Numbered from the stretch's first letter, positions 8,523 through 20,263 are shown. The stretch: 26,196 bases of DNA from Methanothermococcus sp. SCGC AD-155-E23 (GCA_019561615.1 JAHEQA010000025.1:1-26196), one strand, 5' to 3'. The notes: a model not told the origin generated them from the letters alone. Made by a program: numbers and translations.

Positions 8523-10034
8523 TTATTCTCCTGGGTACTTATGGTTTAACTTATTTCTATTTACTACACTTGTGATATAGGCGTTTAAACCACCTGCAAG
8601 GGCAACTATCTTCCTGCCGTCATGGAATACCTTCTCTTCGAATAGTTTCTCAAGATCCATGGCCTCCAGGGCATACTTCCTTATCTTCTCCTGGAGATAC
8701 TCCTTGTGATCCTCTATATAGTGGGTTGAGATGTTTCCCTTCTTGAAGTCCTCCTCCTCCATGACAGCCCTGTGGAAAGGTATGTTTGTACTGACCCCTA
8801 GTATTATATACTCCTTCAGTGCCCTTCTCATCCTTGCAATTGCCTCCTCCCTGTCTCTCCCATAGGTTATTAACTTTGCTATCATGGAGTCGTAGTAGGG
8901 AGGTATCTCTGCCCCACTGCAGACCCCACTGTCTATTCTAACCCCAGGTCCTCCTGGAGATCTGTAGTACTTTATCCTCCCTGGAGAGGGTACAAATTCC
9001 CTAAGTGGATCCTCTGCATTTATCCTACACTCTATTGCATGCCCCCTTATCTCTATATCCTCCTGTCTATAGGGGAGTTCCTCTCCATAGGCTATCTTTA
9101 TCTGTTCCTTTACAATGTCTATACCTGTAACTATCTCAGTTATTGGGTGTTCCACCTGGATCCTTGTATTCATCTCCAGGAAGTAGAAATTTCCGTCGTA
9201 GTAGAGAAACTCCACAGTACCTGCATTACAGTAGTCTATAGCCTTTGCCGCCCTCACTGCAGCCTCTCCCATCTCCCTCCTTAACTCCTCGGTCATAATA
9301 GGTGAAGGAGCCTCCTCGATTAACTTCTGATGTCTCCTCTGGATGGAGCACTCCCTCTCTCCAAGGTAGATAGTATTTCCATACTTATCTGCCAGTATCT
9401 GTATCTCTATATGTCTAGGCCTCTCCAGGTACTTCTCTATGAATATTGTGGGGTCTCCAAAGGCACTCTTTGCTATGGACTGAGTTGACTCTATAACCTC
9501 TTTTAACTCCTCCTCGTTGTAGGCCACCCCCATCCCTATACCTCCTCCTCCGGCAGAGGCCTTCACCACCACTGGATAACCTATCTCCCTTGCTATTTCC
9601 AATGCCTCCTCTATATCCTCCACTGGCCCATCAGAACCAGGAAGTACTGGCACCCCAGCCTTCTTCATAATCCTCTTGGCGTTTATCTTACTACCCATGG
9701 CCTCTATGGCCTTGGCAGGAGGCCCTATAAACACAATTCCATTCTCTTCACAGGCCCTGGCAAATTCTGGATTTTCCGCCAGGAAACCGTAACCAGGATG
9801 TATTGCCTCGGCACCACTTTTCTTCGCCACCTTTATTATCCTCTCTATATTTAGATAGCTCTTAGAGGCCTGAGGAGGTCCTATACAGTAACTCTCATCT
9901 GCCAGGGAGGTAAAGAGGGCATGCTCATCTGCCTGGGAGTATACTGCAACAGTCTTTATATCTAACTCCTGGCAGGCTCTTATAATCCTAACTGCAATCT
10001 CCCCCCTGTTGGCTATAAGTATCTTCTTGAACAT
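8523..10034 (-). CDS. pycA: Pyruvate carboxylase subunit A (biotin carboxylase)
   Basis: [42 protein letters not shown] and YYDSMIAKL. Adjacent to pycB. Confidence 0.96.
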   Translation of the reverse strand: MFKKILIANRGEIAVRIIRACQELDIKTVAVYSQADEHALFTSLADESYCIGPPQASKSYLNIERIIKVAKKSGAEAIHPGYGFLAENPEFARACEENGIVFIGPPAKAIEAMGSKINAKRIMKKAGVPVLPGSDGPVEDIEEALEIAREIGYPVVVKASAGGGGIGMGVAYNEEELKEVIESTQSIAKSAFGDPTIFIEKYLERPRHIEIQILADKYGNTIYLGERECSIQRRHQKLIEEAPSPIMTEELRREMGEAAVRAAKAIDYCNAGTVEFLYYDGNFYFLEMNTRIQVEHPITEIVTGIDIVKEQIKIAYGEELPYRQEDIEIRGHAIECRINAEDPLREFVPSPGRIKYYRSPGGPGVRIDSGVCSGAEIPPYYDSMIAKLITYGRDREEAIARMRRALKEYIILGVSTNIPFHRAVMEEEDFKKGNISTHYIEDHKEYLQEKIRKYALEAMDLEKLFEEKVFHDGRKIVALAGGLNAYITSVVNRNKLNHKYPGE

Positions 10035-10044
10035 GGCTATCCCT

Positions 10045-11748
10045 TTATCTTATTATCATGAGGATATCTCCAGCGTTGACAGTCTGACCCTCGTGTACAA
10101 GGATCTTCTCTACCTTTCCATCTACAGGGCTCTCAACAGGGTTCTCCATCTTCATAGCCTCCAGTATAAGTATAACATCCCCCTTCTTTACTATATCCCC
10201 CTCCTTCACCTTTATCTTCGTAACCATACCCCTGAGAGGAGAGGTTACTGCACCCTCTGTCTCTACAGTGATCTCCTCCTTTTCCCTCTTCATCTCAGTT
10301 CCATATCTAGGTTTTATCTTAACCTCGTAGGCCTCACCATCTACCTCTATGATGTACTCTGTAGGTATCTCGAGGAATTTAGATATCTCCTTCTCCTCTG
10401 GAATGGGCTCAGGTTTCAACTCCCCTCTCAGGAACTTAAGGGCTATGTGTGGGTAGAGGGCGTAGGTCAGTATGTCCTCCTCCTTGGATACAATACCCTT
10501 CTCCTCAGCCTCCCTCTTAAACTTCTCGTACTCAGGTTCAAGGAGATCTGCAGGTCTACAGGTGATAGGTTTCTCACCCTCTCCAAGGACTCTCCTCAGA
10601 AGTTCCTTACTTACTGGAGCAGGTGGCCTTCCATACAACCCCTTTACATAGTTTATTACCTCGTTGGTTATAATCTTGTACCTCTCCCCTGTAAGTACAT
10701 TCATAACAGCCTGGGTACCTACCATCTGGGATACAGGGGTTACAAGGGGTGGGTAACCTAGATCTGCCCTCACCCTTGGAACCTCCTTCAGTACCTCCTC
10801 AAATTTATCCAGAGCTCCCTGCTCCTTCAACTGGGATATAAGGTTTGAGAGCATACCTCCAGGTATCTGGTATATAAGTACCCTTGTATCCACCCTCTCT
10901 GCCCTAGGATCTATGAAGTACTTGTACTTCTCCCTAATCTTGTCAAAGTACTCCCTGATCTCGTTTAAAAGTTCCAGGTCCAACTTTGGGTCGTAGGGGG
11001 TACCTTTAAGTGCAGCAACTACACTCTCCACAGGTGGAAGGGAGGTACCCATGGAAAGTGGGGAGATGGCACAGTCTACCACATCCACTCCTGCCTCAAT
11101 TGCAGCCATGTAGGTAAAGGGTGCTATACCACTGGTACAGTGGCTGTGGAGGTGTATAGGTAGGGAGACCTCCTCCTTCAACCTCTTTATAAGTTCCTTG
11201 GCATCGTAGGGTAGAAGTAGTCCTGCCATATCCTTTATACCTATGGAGTCACAGCCAAGTTCCTCAAGTTTCTTTGCCATCTCCACAAATTGATCTATGG
11301 TATGTACAGGACTTACTGTGTAACATATATCCCCCTGGACATGGGCACCTAGTCTCTTTGCAACCTTTATGGAGAACTCCATATTTCTAACATCGTTTAG
11401 GGCGTCAAATATCCTAAAGATATCGATACCGTTCTCATAGGCCTTCTCTATAAACTTCTCCACAATGTCATCTGGGTAGTGCCTGTATCCCACAAGGTTC
11501 TGACCCCTTAACAACATCTTAAGAGGTGTATTCTGCACCCTCTTTCTTATTATCCTCAACCTCTCCCAGGGATCTTCATTGAGGTATCTTATACAGGCGT
11601 CGAAGGTTGCACCACCCCAAACCTCCAGGGAGTAGAAACCTACCTCATCCATCTTCTCCAGTATAGGTACCATATCTTCAGTTCTCATCCTAGTGGCCAT
11701 TAGGGATTGATTTCCATCCCTTAGGGTAACATCTGTTATCTTTACCAT
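10045..11748 (-). CDS. pycB: Pyruvate carboxylase subunit B (carboxyltransferase plus biotin carrier)
   Basis: [31 protein letters not shown]-x-SQ and the C-terminal biotinylation motif EAMKM. Confidence 0.96.
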   Translation of the reverse strand: MVKITDVTLRDGNQSLMATRMRTEDMVPILEKMDEVGFYSLEVWGGATFDACIRYLNEDPWERLRIIRKRVQNTPLKMLLRGQNLVGYRHYPDDIVEKFIEKAYENGIDIFRIFDALNDVRNMEFSIKVAKRLGAHVQGDICYTVSPVHTIDQFVEMAKKLEELGCDSIGIKDMAGLLLPYDAKELIKRLKEEVSLPIHLHSHCTSGIAPFTYMAAIEAGVDVVDCAISPLSMGTSLPPVESVVAALKGTPYDPKLDLELLNEIREYFDKIREKYKYFIDPRAERVDTRVLIYQIPGGMLSNLISQLKEQGALDKFEEVLKEVPRVRADLGYPPLVTPVSQMVGTQAVMNVLTGERYKIITNEVINYVKGLYGRPPAPVSKELLRRVLGEGEKPITCRPADLLEPEYEKFKREAEEKGIVSKEEDILTYALYPHIALKFLRGELKPEPIPEEKEISKFLEIPTEYIIEVDGEAYEVKIKPRYGTEMKREKEEITVETEGAVTSPLRGMVTKIKVKEGDIVKKGDVILILEAMKMENPVESPVDGKVEKILVHEGQTVNAGDILMIIR

Positions 11749-11850
11749 ACTTTCCCCCCTTTAAAAATAGTAGAAAAATAAAAAGAGATGTTTATGCCAA
11801 ATATATACTATCCTATTGGGATTATTTAAACTTTATACCTAAGGATTAAA
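11749..11850. promoter_or_regulatory. Divergent pycB / transporter promoter region
   Basis: AT-rich 102-bp spacer with TATA-like elements ATATATA (about 11801-11807) and TATTTAAA (11823-11830). AGGGGGG RBS for pycB. Confidence 0.45.
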
Positions 11851-12657
11851 ATGATAGGTTTAACGATTATTTTAATAGTGCTGGGAGTAGTAGTTGGATT
11901 CATCAGTGGGTTGCTAGGTGTTGGAGGAGGATTTATCCTGGTACCTGTATTCACCACATTATTTTCCCTTACAGGTCTACCTCCTGACACCTCTATAAAG
12001 ATGGCTGTTGGAACAAGTCTACTTACAGTGTTTTTAACCTCCATAGTTAGTGCCTATAAGCACCATCTAAGGGGGAATACCCTATGGAGATGTGCCTTAG
12101 TTCTAGGGGTCTTTGGGATCATAGGGTCACTGATAGGTTTAAAGATCTCCATGGAGTATTTAAGTGGGGAGATACATAGGAGGTTATTTGCCATCCTATT
12201 AATCCTTACCTCCATATACGGCATATACCTTGGAGAGAGGGACCTGGACAAGTGGAGGGATATACCCTCTTCTCTCCACTATAGGAAACTACCAGTTATA
12301 GGTATCTTGGTAGGTGTTGTCTCCACCCTCTTTGGTATAGGTGGAGGAATATTAACTGTACCTCTCTTGGTATACCTCCTTAGACTTCCAATAAGGATGG
12401 CCATCGGTACCTCCTGTGCCATGATGTTGCTAACCTCCCTCCCAGGTATTGTAGGCTATATGTTACAACCCTTTCCCCTCTATCAACATCTCTTTAACAT
12501 AGGATATGTATCCCTGATATTTGGATCTGTAGTAGGTCTTGTTGCCATGGTGTCCTCCAAATACGGGGCTTTACTAGCCTACAAATTAAGATCTAAAACA
12601 TTGAAGAATATCTTCTACCTTATACTTATGCTAGTTGGGATAAAGTTACTCTGCTAA
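11851..12657 (+). CDS. TSUP (TauE/SafE) family membrane transporter
   Basis: Duplicated signature G-F-I-S-G-L-L-G-V-G-G-G...P / S-T-L-F-G-I-G-G-G...P, each followed by A-[VI]-G-T-S. About 8 hydrophobic segments. Confidence 0.92.
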   Translation: MIGLTIILIVLGVVVGFISGLLGVGGGFILVPVFTTLFSLTGLPPDTSIKMAVGTSLLTVFLTSIVSAYKHHLRGNTLWRCALVLGVFGIIGSLIGLKISMEYLSGEIHRRLFAILLILTSIYGIYLGERDLDKWRDIPSSLHYRKLPVIGILVGVVSTLFGIGGGILTVPLLVYLLRLPIRMAIGTSCAMMLLTSLPGIVGYMLQPFPLYQHLFNIGYVSLIFGSVVGLVAMVSSKYGALLAYKLRSKTLKNIFYLILMLVGIKLLC

Positions 12658-12677
12658 AAAGTTGAGAAGGTGAGTCT

Positions 12678-14135
12678 GTGAAACACTTCCTTGGTAAGAT
12701 ACATCTAAGGTGGTGTAGGGAGTGTAACCTTCCAGTGTTATATGAGAGTTGCAACATATGTAAGGGGAGAACTGTCCAGGTAAAGATAACACCTCCAGGG
12801 GATGTTAGACCTGCATTTCCAAAGGATATAGAGATGATAGAGAACATCTTAAGGGAGCAATTTGGTGTAAAAGAGGATATATTTAAAAATAAGCTGGTAC
12901 TCCTGAACAAGACTCCTGGTATAGACTACATGAAGGAGATCATCCTAGATGGTGAGGTCTTTGCCATCTTGAAGTACGACGTTGACAGGGGTAAATGGTC
13001 CCTACTACCTACTGTGGAGGGGGCACGTAAGATAGTAAATGCTGGAGGTTTTAAGAAGATAGTTGGGATCAGGGAGGATGTTGTACCCTATATACTTGAG
13101 AGGCACGCCTCAGTTTTAAGACCTGGAGTAGCATACCTCTCCCAGGGTATTGAGAGAGGGGAGGAGGTTATCGTAGTAGTTGTGGAGGGGGATAGTGAGA
13201 AATTTAAAGATACTCAGGTTATAGGTGTGGGAAAGGCGAGGATGGATTATAGGGAGGTGATGGAGAGAGATAAAGGTATGGTAGTTAAGATAAGACATGC
13301 TGAAGCTCCAAGGGAGGCCACCTATCTCAGGGAGACGGGGGATTTCAAAACCTCCATAGAGAAGATGATCCAGGCCAATGAACATGTTATTGAAAAGTAC
13401 GAGAGGGAGGCCCTAGGATTTATAAAAAATACGGTGGAGAGGATAAAAAAGCCTGCTTTAATAGCCTACTCCGGGGGCAAGGACAGTCTTACAGTGCTCC
13501 TTTTATCTATGAAGGCTCTGAAGGAGAAAGGAATTAAATTTGATGTAATCTTTGTAGACACCGGGTTGGAGTTACCTGAGACCTTGGAGAATGTGGAGGA
13601 GGTGGAGAGGAGGTATAACTTGGAGATTATTAAATTAAGATCTGAGGACTTCTGGGAAAAACTTAAGGAGTACGGCCCTCCTGGAAGGGACTACAGGTGG
13701 TGTAGTAAGGTATGTAAGATGAAACCTGTTGAGAGGTTTATCAGGAGTAGATATAGGGAGGGCTGTTTAACCTTTGTAGGGGTGAGGAAGTATGAATCTA
13801 TAAACCGCTCAAAGAGACCACGTATCTGGAGGAGTAGAGATGTAAAGGGGCAGATACAGTGTGCTCCAATACTACACTGGTCGGCGATGCACGTATGGCT
13901 CTACCTCTTTAAAAATAAGGCCCCTTACAACAAAGTATACGAGTTGGGATTTGACAGGGTTGGATGCTACATCTGTCCAGCTATGGATCTTGGAGAGATT
14001 GAGTTGATGAAGAAGTACTACCCTCAACTCTGGGAGAGGTGGGAGAGGTATTTAAGAGAGTACGCCAAGAAGAACAACTTAGATGAGGATTGGGTTAGGG
14101 GAGGTTGGAGATGGAGATATAGAAAAGAGAGGTGA
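12678..14135 (+). CDS. PAPS/APS-reductase-family protein with N-terminal Zn-ribbon and PUA-like domain (MJ0066-like)
   Basis: N-terminal CREC...C-x-x-[14 protein letters not shown]-like VLRPGV...[10 protein letters not shown]...IGVG, PP-loop YSGGKDS, WCSKVCK, GVRKYES and [11 protein letters not shown] start after AGGTGA. Confidence 0.88.
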   Translation: MKHFLGKIHLRWCRECNLPVLYESCNICKGRTVQVKITPPGDVRPAFPKDIEMIENILREQFGVKEDIFKNKLVLLNKTPGIDYMKEIILDGEVFAILKYDVDRGKWSLLPTVEGARKIVNAGGFKKIVGIREDVVPYILERHASVLRPGVAYLSQGIERGEEVIVVVVEGDSEKFKDTQVIGVGKARMDYREVMERDKGMVVKIRHAEAPREATYLRETGDFKTSIEKMIQANEHVIEKYEREALGFIKNTVERIKKPALIAYSGGKDSLTVLLLSMKALKEKGIKFDVIFVDTGLELPETLENVEEVERRYNLEIIKLRSEDFWEKLKEYGPPGRDYRWCSKVCKMKPVERFIRSRYREGCLTFVGVRKYESINRSKRPRIWRSRDVKGQIQCAPILHWSAMHVWLYLFKNKAPYNKVYELGFDRVGCYICPAMDLGEIELMKKYYPQLWERWERYLREYAKKNNLDEDWVRGGWRWRYRKER

Positions 14136-15796
14136 TAAAGTTGATAAGTGATAGAGTTAAAAAGGGGATAAAGAGGGCTCCCCATAGAAGCCTCTTAAAG
14201 GCCTGTGGTTATACAGATGAGGAGATTGACAGACCCTTTATTGGAGTGGTCAACAGTTATACAGAGGTAGTACCTGGGCACATACATCTCAGGTCCCTTG
14301 CAGAGGCTGTGAAGAAAGGTATATATGCAAATGGAGGCACTGCCTTTGAATTTAACACCATGGCTATCTGTGACGGTATAGCCATGGGACATGAAGGTAT
14401 GAAGTACTCACTACCTTCAAGGGAGATCATAGCAGATACCGTAGAGAGTATGGCCAAGGCCCATGGCTTCGATGGGCTGGTGCTCCTTCCATCCTGTGAT
14501 AAGGTAGTACCTGGTATGCTAATGGGGGCACTTAGATTGAACATCCCCTTTGTAGTAGTTACTGGAGGTCCCATGCTTCCAGGGGAGGTCCGTGGGAGGA
14601 AATACGATCTAATAAGTGTATTTGAAGGGGTGGGGGCCTGTATAGGGGGGAAGATAGATGAGGAGGAGTTGAAGGAGATTGAAGATCACGCCTGTCCTGG
14701 ACCTGGAAGCTGTGCAGGACTGTTTACAGCCAACACCATGGCCTGTATAACTGAGGCCCTGGGACTATCCCTACCTATGTGTGCCACAACCCATGCCGTA
14801 GATGCCCAGAAGATAAGGATATGTAAGAAAAGTGGGGAGTTAGTGGTAGACCTAGTGAGGAAGAATATAAAACCTACAGATATTCTTACAAAGGAGTCCT
14901 TTGAGAACGCCATAATTGTAGATCTGGCATTGGGAGGTTCCACAAATACAGCCCTCCATATACCTGCCATTGCAAGTGAGATAGAGAGGGGACTTGTAAC
15001 CCTAGATGACTTTGACAGGTTAAGTGAGGAGGTACCTCAAATAGCCTCTATTAGACCTAATGGAGAGCACTTTATGTTGGATCTCCATAGGGCAGGTGGT
15101 ATCCCTGCAGTGTTAAAGGTACTTGAGGATAAAATAAGGGATGCAAAGACTGTATATGGAAAGACTTTAAAGGAGATCATAAGGGAGGTTAAGTATATAG
15201 ATCACAGTATAATAAGGCCACTAGATAACCCTGTTCATAGGGAGGGAGGTTTAAGGATACTAAGGGGAAACCTTGCTCCAAGAGGTGCCGTGGTCAAGAT
15301 CAGTGCCGTAGATCCTAAGATGTACAGACATGAGGGACCTGCAAGGGTATTTGACTCTGAGGAGGAGGCCTTAGAGGCTATACTTGGGGGGGAGATAGAG
15401 AAGGGCGACGTGATAGTTATAAGGTATGAGGGTCCTGCAGGAGGTCCTGGAATGAAGGAGATGCTGGCACCAACCTCGGCTATATGTGGAATGGGACTAG
15501 ATGACAAAGTGGCCCTTATAACAGATGGTAGATTCAGTGGAGGAAGTAGAGGTCCCTGTATAGGTCATATATCTCCAGAGGCCATGGCTGGAGGTCCTAT
15601 TGCCGTAGTGGAGGAGGGGGACATTATATCCATAGATATGATAGGTAAGAGTCTCCAGTTGAAGGTGCCTGAGGAGGAGATAAGGGAGAGGCTTTCAAGG
15701 TGGAAAAAACCAGAACCTAAGGTTAAAAGGGGATACCTGGCAAGGTACTCCAGACTAGTTACCTCGGCAGATGAGGGGGCTATACTAAGGTTCTAA
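14132..15796 (+). CDS. ilvD: Dihydroxy-acid dehydratase
   Basis: [18 protein letters not shown]-x-x-[29 protein letters not shown] and ITDGRFSG. Start overlaps the upstream stop (GTGA). Confidence 0.98.
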   Translation: MIKLISDRVKKGIKRAPHRSLLKACGYTDEEIDRPFIGVVNSYTEVVPGHIHLRSLAEAVKKGIYANGGTAFEFNTMAICDGIAMGHEGMKYSLPSREIIADTVESMAKAHGFDGLVLLPSCDKVVPGMLMGALRLNIPFVVVTGGPMLPGEVRGRKYDLISVFEGVGACIGGKIDEEELKEIEDHACPGPGSCAGLFTANTMACITEALGLSLPMCATTHAVDAQKIRICKKSGELVVDLVRKNIKPTDILTKESFENAIIVDLALGGSTNTALHIPAIASEIERGLVTLDDFDRLSEEVPQIASIRPNGEHFMLDLHRAGGIPAVLKVLEDKIRDAKTVYGKTLKEIIREVKYIDHSIIRPLDNPVHREGGLRILRGNLAPRGAVVKISAVDPKMYRHEGPARVFDSEEEALEAILGGEIEKGDVIVIRYEGPAGGPGMKEMLAPTSAICGMGLDDKVALITDGRFSGGSRGPCIGHISPEAMAGGPIAVVEEGDIISIDMIGKSLQLKVPEEEIRERLSRWKKPEPKVKRGYLARYSRLVTSADEGAILRF

Positions 15797-16278
15797 AACC
15801 CCCTTAGATGTTTCAAGATATGACCTGTCTCCTCTTTAATAATAGGTAGTGCAGTTTTACAGGCAGTGGGGGAACCAGGTAGTGCATATATCACCCTATC
15901 CCTGTATATCCCTGCAGTTGCCCTGGAGAGTATCGTGGCGTACTTCACCTCCCTATAACTTAGATGATGGAAGAGTACTGAAAACCCAGTTAACTCCTTA
16001 TGGAACATCTCCCTTAAGACATCTGGGGTGTTATCCCTTGGAGATATACCGGTGCCACCAGTTATTACAATACACTCCACATCTGTAAAGTCTATAAGGT
16101 GGTCAACAGCCCCCTTTAACATATCCCTGTTATCAGGTATCAGGAGGTAGTATTTAGCCTTCAACTCCCTCCTTAGAAGGTCCCCAGATCTATCTTCCAC
16201 CTTCTCCCCAGAGATCATTTTGTTAAATCTACTGTCACTTACAGTTATTACACCGTAGACGATCTTATCCATCTCCAT
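15793..16278 (-). CDS. moaB: Molybdopterin adenylyltransferase, MoaB/Mog family
   Basis: VITVSD, D-x-[13 protein letters not shown]-x-TP, LSRA-x-AG and LPGSP. The start could be ATG 16272. Confidence 0.92.
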   Translation of the reverse strand: MEMDKIVYGVITVSDSRFNKMISGEKVEDRSGDLLRRELKAKYYLLIPDNRDMLKGAVDHLIDFTDVECIVITGGTGISPRDNTPDVLREMFHKELTGFSVLFHHLSYREVKYATILSRATAGIYRDRVIYALPGSPTACKTALPIIKEETGHILKHLRGF

Positions 16279-16307
16279 CCCCTTATAATTATTATTAGGT
16301 GAAACCT

Positions 16308-17525
16308 ATGGATATCTTTCAGGAGATATACAGGGATATAGATGAGGATACTGTAATGGAGGAGGAGAGAAGGTATTTAATGAACACCTACAGGAGACTC
16401 CCTGTGGTGCTGGTAAGGGGGAGAGGTGTCTATGTAGAGGATGTTAAAGGTAAGAAGTATTTGGACTTTATCTCTGGGATAGGTGTAAATAACATAGGGC
16501 ACTGTCATCCAAGGTTGATAGAAAATGTAAAGAAACAACTTGAGACCCTAATCCATGTATCAAACCTCTACTATACCATTCCCCAGGTGAAGTTGGCAAA
16601 GAAACTTGCAGATCTCTCAGGACTGGATAAAGCCTTCTTCTCAAACAGTGGAGCAGAGGCTAATGAGGGAGCTATAAAACTTGCAAGGAGATACGGTAAA
16701 AAGATGGGTATTGGGGAGGGAGAGATAATAACTATGGAGAGGGGTTTCCATGGGAGGACCTTGGCCACCTTAGCTGCAACTCCCAAGGTAGAGTATCAGG
16801 AAGGTTTTGAACCCCTTCCAGGGGGATTTAAGTATGTGCCCTTTAACGATCTAGATAAACTCATGGAGAGTATATCCAGTAAAACTACTGGGATAATGTT
16901 GGAACCTATCCAGGGAGAGGGGGGAATACACCTTGCAGACAGGGAGTATTTAAAGGGCGTGAGGGATATATGTGATGAGAGAGGTATCCTCCTTATCTTC
17001 GACGAGGTACAGTGTGGCATAGGGAGAACTGGAAGGATGTTCGCCTATCAACACTACCATATTAAACCTGATATATTAACACTGGCAAAGGCCCTAGGTG
17101 GTGGTATCCCCATAGGAGCTACCCTGGCTAAGGAGGAGGTTGCAGAGGCATTTACACCTGGAAGTCATGGGTCAACCTTTGGAGGTAACCCCTTAGCCTC
17201 TGTAAGTGCCTATGTCACCTTAAGTATTGTGGAGGACCTTCTACCCCATGTAGAGGAGATTGGGAATTACTTCATGAGGAGGTTAAAAGATCTAGAGAGG
17301 AAGTACTCCTTTATAAGGGAGGTTAGAGGTATGGGCCTCATGGTAGGTATGGAGTTGTCCTTCCAGGGTGGAGATATTGTTAAAAGGATGCTAGAAAAAG
17401 GTTATTTGATAAACTGTACTGCAGAGAGGGTTTTAAGGTTCCTCCCTCCCCTTATAGTAGAGAGGGAGCATATAGACAGTCTTGTAGATGCCCTAGATGA
17501 GGTATTTTCAGAGTTGGAGAGGTAA
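16308..17525 (+). CDS. argD: Acetylornithine aminotransferase (class III PLP)
   Basis: LMNTY-x-R, YLDF-x-SGI, NSGAEANE, FHGRT, EPIQGEGG, FDEVQCG-x-GRTG, AKALGGG and HGSTFGGNP. ATG 16308 follows AGGTGA (alternative GTG 16299). Confidence 0.95.
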   Translation: MDIFQEIYRDIDEDTVMEEERRYLMNTYRRLPVVLVRGRGVYVEDVKGKKYLDFISGIGVNNIGHCHPRLIENVKKQLETLIHVSNLYYTIPQVKLAKKLADLSGLDKAFFSNSGAEANEGAIKLARRYGKKMGIGEGEIITMERGFHGRTLATLAATPKVEYQEGFEPLPGGFKYVPFNDLDKLMESISSKTTGIMLEPIQGEGGIHLADREYLKGVRDICDERGILLIFDEVQCGIGRTGRMFAYQHYHIKPDILTLAKALGGGIPIGATLAKEEVAEAFTPGSHGSTFGGNPLASVSAYVTLSIVEDLLPHVEEIGNYFMRRLKDLERKYSFIREVRGMGLMVGMELSFQGGDIVKRMLEKGYLINCTAERVLRFLPPLIVEREHIDSLVDALDEVFSELER

Positions 17526-18107
17526 TCACTCCCTCTCCTTCCACTTGACAAAGAGGTAGTACTTCTGTGGCTCTTTTAACTCCTCCTCTATCCTCTTTGC
17601 TATGGCATTTAGTAGGTTTCTATGGATTCTCCTCTCTATATCCTCGAAACTTTCAAAGGGTTTCTTCTCCCTCTCCTCTAGTATCTTCCAGGTAAGTGTT
17701 CTACCTACCCCAGGTAGAAGTTGAAGGGTATGTAACCTGGTGGTTATAGGACCACAGGTATTTATAAACTCTATGAACCTCTTCTCGTTACGTTTAACAG
17801 CCTCCCTTATAACGTAGAACAACTCGGTCTTTGCAGTTGGAGTTAACTCCTCGTACTTCAAGGTCCTCGTAATATACTCCACCTTATCCCTTTTCCCTCT
17901 ACCTATGTATACCCTCTCAGCTAACTCCACAGTTACATCCTTCTTTATAACCATCTCCATAAGTACAAATTGTTTCTCACCAAATCCCTGGGCAATAGGT
18001 TTCCTCTGATGTAGGGGAGTATTGTCCTCTGGATACCCGTAGGGTAGAAAATCCAGTATATAGGCGTAATTCTCAAAGATCCTCTTTTTACCCTTGTATT
18101 TTTTCAT
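17526..18107 (-). CDS. DUF655 family putative nucleic-acid-binding protein (HhH)
   Basis: E-x-YAYILDFLP-x-G, ERVYIG-x-GKRDKV, ITTRLH-x-L-x-LLPGVG and ILEER...PFESFED. Conserved archaeal position downstream of rpl21e-rpoF. Confidence 0.92.
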   Translation of the reverse strand: MKKYKGKKRIFENYAYILDFLPYGYPEDNTPLHQRKPIAQGFGEKQFVLMEMVIKKDVTVELAERVYIGRGKRDKVEYITRTLKYEELTPTAKTELFYVIREAVKRNEKRFIEFINTCGPITTRLHTLQLLPGVGRTLTWKILEEREKKPFESFEDIERRIHRNLLNAIAKRIEEELKEPQKYYLFVKWKERE

Positions 18108-18184
18108 ATACTACACCCTCTTGAAATTTAGGAATAAAAAAGAAAAAAAGAGAAATTGAAGGGGGATGGAATAAAAAATAAAAG

Positions 18185-18514
18185 TTACTTGATATACTTT
18201 GAGACAATATTCAGTATCTCCTGGGCGTTCTCAGGAAGATCGGACTTGTAAAATATTACCTTTAAATCTTCCTCGTCTTTGGGAAGGAGGTCCACTATCT
18301 TAACACTGGTCCTCTCATCTAGCCCCAAATTCCTCAACTCCTTTAGTAACTCCTCAGCCTCCTCTGCACTTAACTTTGCAAATTTTTCCAGGTAATCTAG
18401 GGCACAGGTAAGTTCGTAGGGCATCTCCTCGTAGTTCCTTCTACTGTTAATAAACATCTCCTTGGACTGGGAGATGGTAACGTATCTCTCTGAGATAAGT
18501 TTTTTCCCTATCAT
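18185..18514 (-). CDS. rpo4: DNA-directed RNA polymerase subunit Rpo4 (RpoF)
   Basis: MIGKKLISERYVTIS, YE...ALDYL-x-KFAKL and KIVDLLP. Located between rpl21e and DUF655. Confidence 0.94.
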   Translation of the reverse strand: MIGKKLISERYVTISQSKEMFINSRRNYEEMPYELTCALDYLEKFAKLSAEEAEELLKELRNLGLDERTSVKIVDLLPKDEEDLKVIFYKSDLPENAQEILNIVSKYIK

Positions 18515-18534
18515 AGTGATCCAAGTTTACCTTT

Positions 18535-18834
18535 TTAATTGCCCCTGTACTCCCTTAGATGTTGAGGCATGGCTATAATATCCTTGTACTTTCCTCCATC
18601 TCTAACCCTGACTATAAAGGCCCTACCTCTCTGTCCAACTACGGTACCAGTTTTTCCATGGAATCTAGGATGGGGCATACCCTTATGCACTGAAGGATCT
18701 ATTACTATATGGACGATATCCCCTTCTTTAAACTCCTTCAAGGCCCTTGTAACAGGGTGTATTCCCCTCTCCCTAGGGTGTTTCTGTAGTTTATGCCTTG
18801 TCTTACTCCTGAAACCTTTACTCCTCTGTACCAT
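18535..18834 (-). CDS. rpl21e: 50S ribosomal protein L21e
   Basis: [31 protein letters not shown] and PQHLR. Start placed at ATG 18834 after GGAGGAGTGA. Confidence 0.97.
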   Translation of the reverse strand: MVQRSKGFRSKTRHKLQKHPRERGIHPVTRALKEFKEGDIVHIVIDPSVHKGMPHPRFHGKTGTVVGQRGRAFIVRVRDGGKYKDIIAMPQHLREYRGN

Positions 18835-18902
18835 ACTCACTCCTCCTAGCATTGATAATATCAAATTTAATTAAACTATCAACTATAAAAAGATTATTGT
18901 AG

Positions 18903-20213
18903 CTATTGATCATGCACCTTTAACACATCTAGCTCCTTACAAACACATCTCTTGTTAAGAATCTCTGAAACTGAGGGGGTGGTTCTACCTTCGTCTCCAC
19001 TTATCAACTCCTTTATGTACAACCCTCCATCACAGTATATCTTAAGTTTGAACCTCTTAGGGTCCACCCTCTCAGTCCACGCCTTGTACACCTTACGGAT
19101 CCTTACCAGATCTGCCCTTCTATGGGATACCCTCTGGGGTGTCCTCTGATAGATGGTTAAATTCTCCAACTTCTTCTCCAACTCTGCAAGCTCCCTGTCG
19201 GAGATCTCCTCCTCACATTCCACAAGTGCCAGATAGGTCTTTTTATGGGGTTTATTTTTAACCTCTATCACATCCTTCTTACTACCGTACTCCAGGTTAA
19301 GTACCTCTACCATCCCACTTTTATTTATCTTCTCCCCTATCTCCTCTAGATTAACCCTTCTAACCTTAGGCTCCCTTATCTCAAGGACAAAAGGTCTTCC
19401 ATCTCCAAGCATCCTCACATCGATATCCTCCCTCCCAGCACCGTGGAAGGCCTCACTTTTACCCTTAAAGGCCTCCAGAAAGGGCCCCGCAATTATCTCC
19501 TCCACAGAGGTACTGTATCTCTTTCCTGTGTAATTACACTTCTCACATCCCTTACCTCTACAGTGGCGACAGGGCCATCTAGTCTGGGGGATACCCCTTA
19601 CCAACTTCCTATACCTTCCCTTTATATAAACAGGTGAAACCTGTAATTTAACCCTCTTCTTATAGGGGTTTATAAGGATAATAATATCTGGGTTTTCCTT
19701 ATCTACCCTCTTAGATGTTTTTTCAGCTATTAATTTCCCCATGGTCCTGTTGAACTCCTGTTTTATACTTTCCATATAGGGTGTTTTTATCTTCTCCTCC
19801 AACTTTTTTATGGACCTGGGAAGTTCAGTTCCAACTAGGAAGGTATCGTACTGGTACTCACTTAGGAGCTTTAACGTTTTCTCCAGGATCTCCTCCAGGT
19901 TCTTCTCCTGGAATATCCCCCTACACCATGGGCATCCCTCCTTCCCTACTACCTCCACACCCTCTATCTCCTTTATCTCTGTTAACCCACTTCTATAGAG
20001 GGTCCTTAACTCTTCCTTTACTTTCTCTATCTCCTCCTCGGCATCAGGTCTCTCCTTAAGTTGTTGCAATTTAGACTCTAACTGGATAGCCTTGGCCATC
20101 TTTATAGATCTACCTCTCTCGTAGTTTGAGGTATGAAGTAACTTAGCGTATAACCTTCCAAAGCACCTGTGACATAGGGGATAACTTTTAAGTATCTCCG
20201 TGTCCATAATCAT
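18903..20213 (-). CDS. pus10: tRNA pseudouridine(54/55) synthase Pus10
   Basis: Zn site LCHRCFGR...CPWC, GRYRKLVRGIPQTRW, catalytic GAGREDIDVRMLG, QRTP-x-RV-x-HRR and GGLYIKELISGD. Confidence 0.96.
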   Translation of the reverse strand: MIMDTEILKSYPLCHRCFGRLYAKLLHTSNYERGRSIKMAKAIQLESKLQQLKERPDAEEEIEKVKEELRTLYRSGLTEIKEIEGVEVVGKEGCPWCRGIFQEKNLEEILEKTLKLLSEYQYDTFLVGTELPRSIKKLEEKIKTPYMESIKQEFNRTMGKLIAEKTSKRVDKENPDIIILINPYKKRVKLQVSPVYIKGRYRKLVRGIPQTRWPCRHCRGKGCEKCNYTGKRYSTSVEEIIAGPFLEAFKGKSEAFHGAGREDIDVRMLGDGRPFVLEIREPKVRRVNLEEIGEKINKSGMVEVLNLEYGSKKDVIEVKNKPHKKTYLALVECEEEISDRELAELEKKLENLTIYQRTPQRVSHRRADLVRIRKVYKAWTERVDPKRFKLKIYCDGGLYIKELISGDEGRTTPSVSEILNKRCVCKELDVLKVHDQ

Positions 20214-20263
20214 CCCTTTTAGCGTTTATTTAAATTAGATTAAAATTTTCCTCTGGAGATAGC

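Noticed and set aside
10009-10761. 250-aa plus-strand ORF opposite pycB
   Set aside because: Leu/Tyr-rich antisense artefact lying almost entirely over an unambiguous gene.
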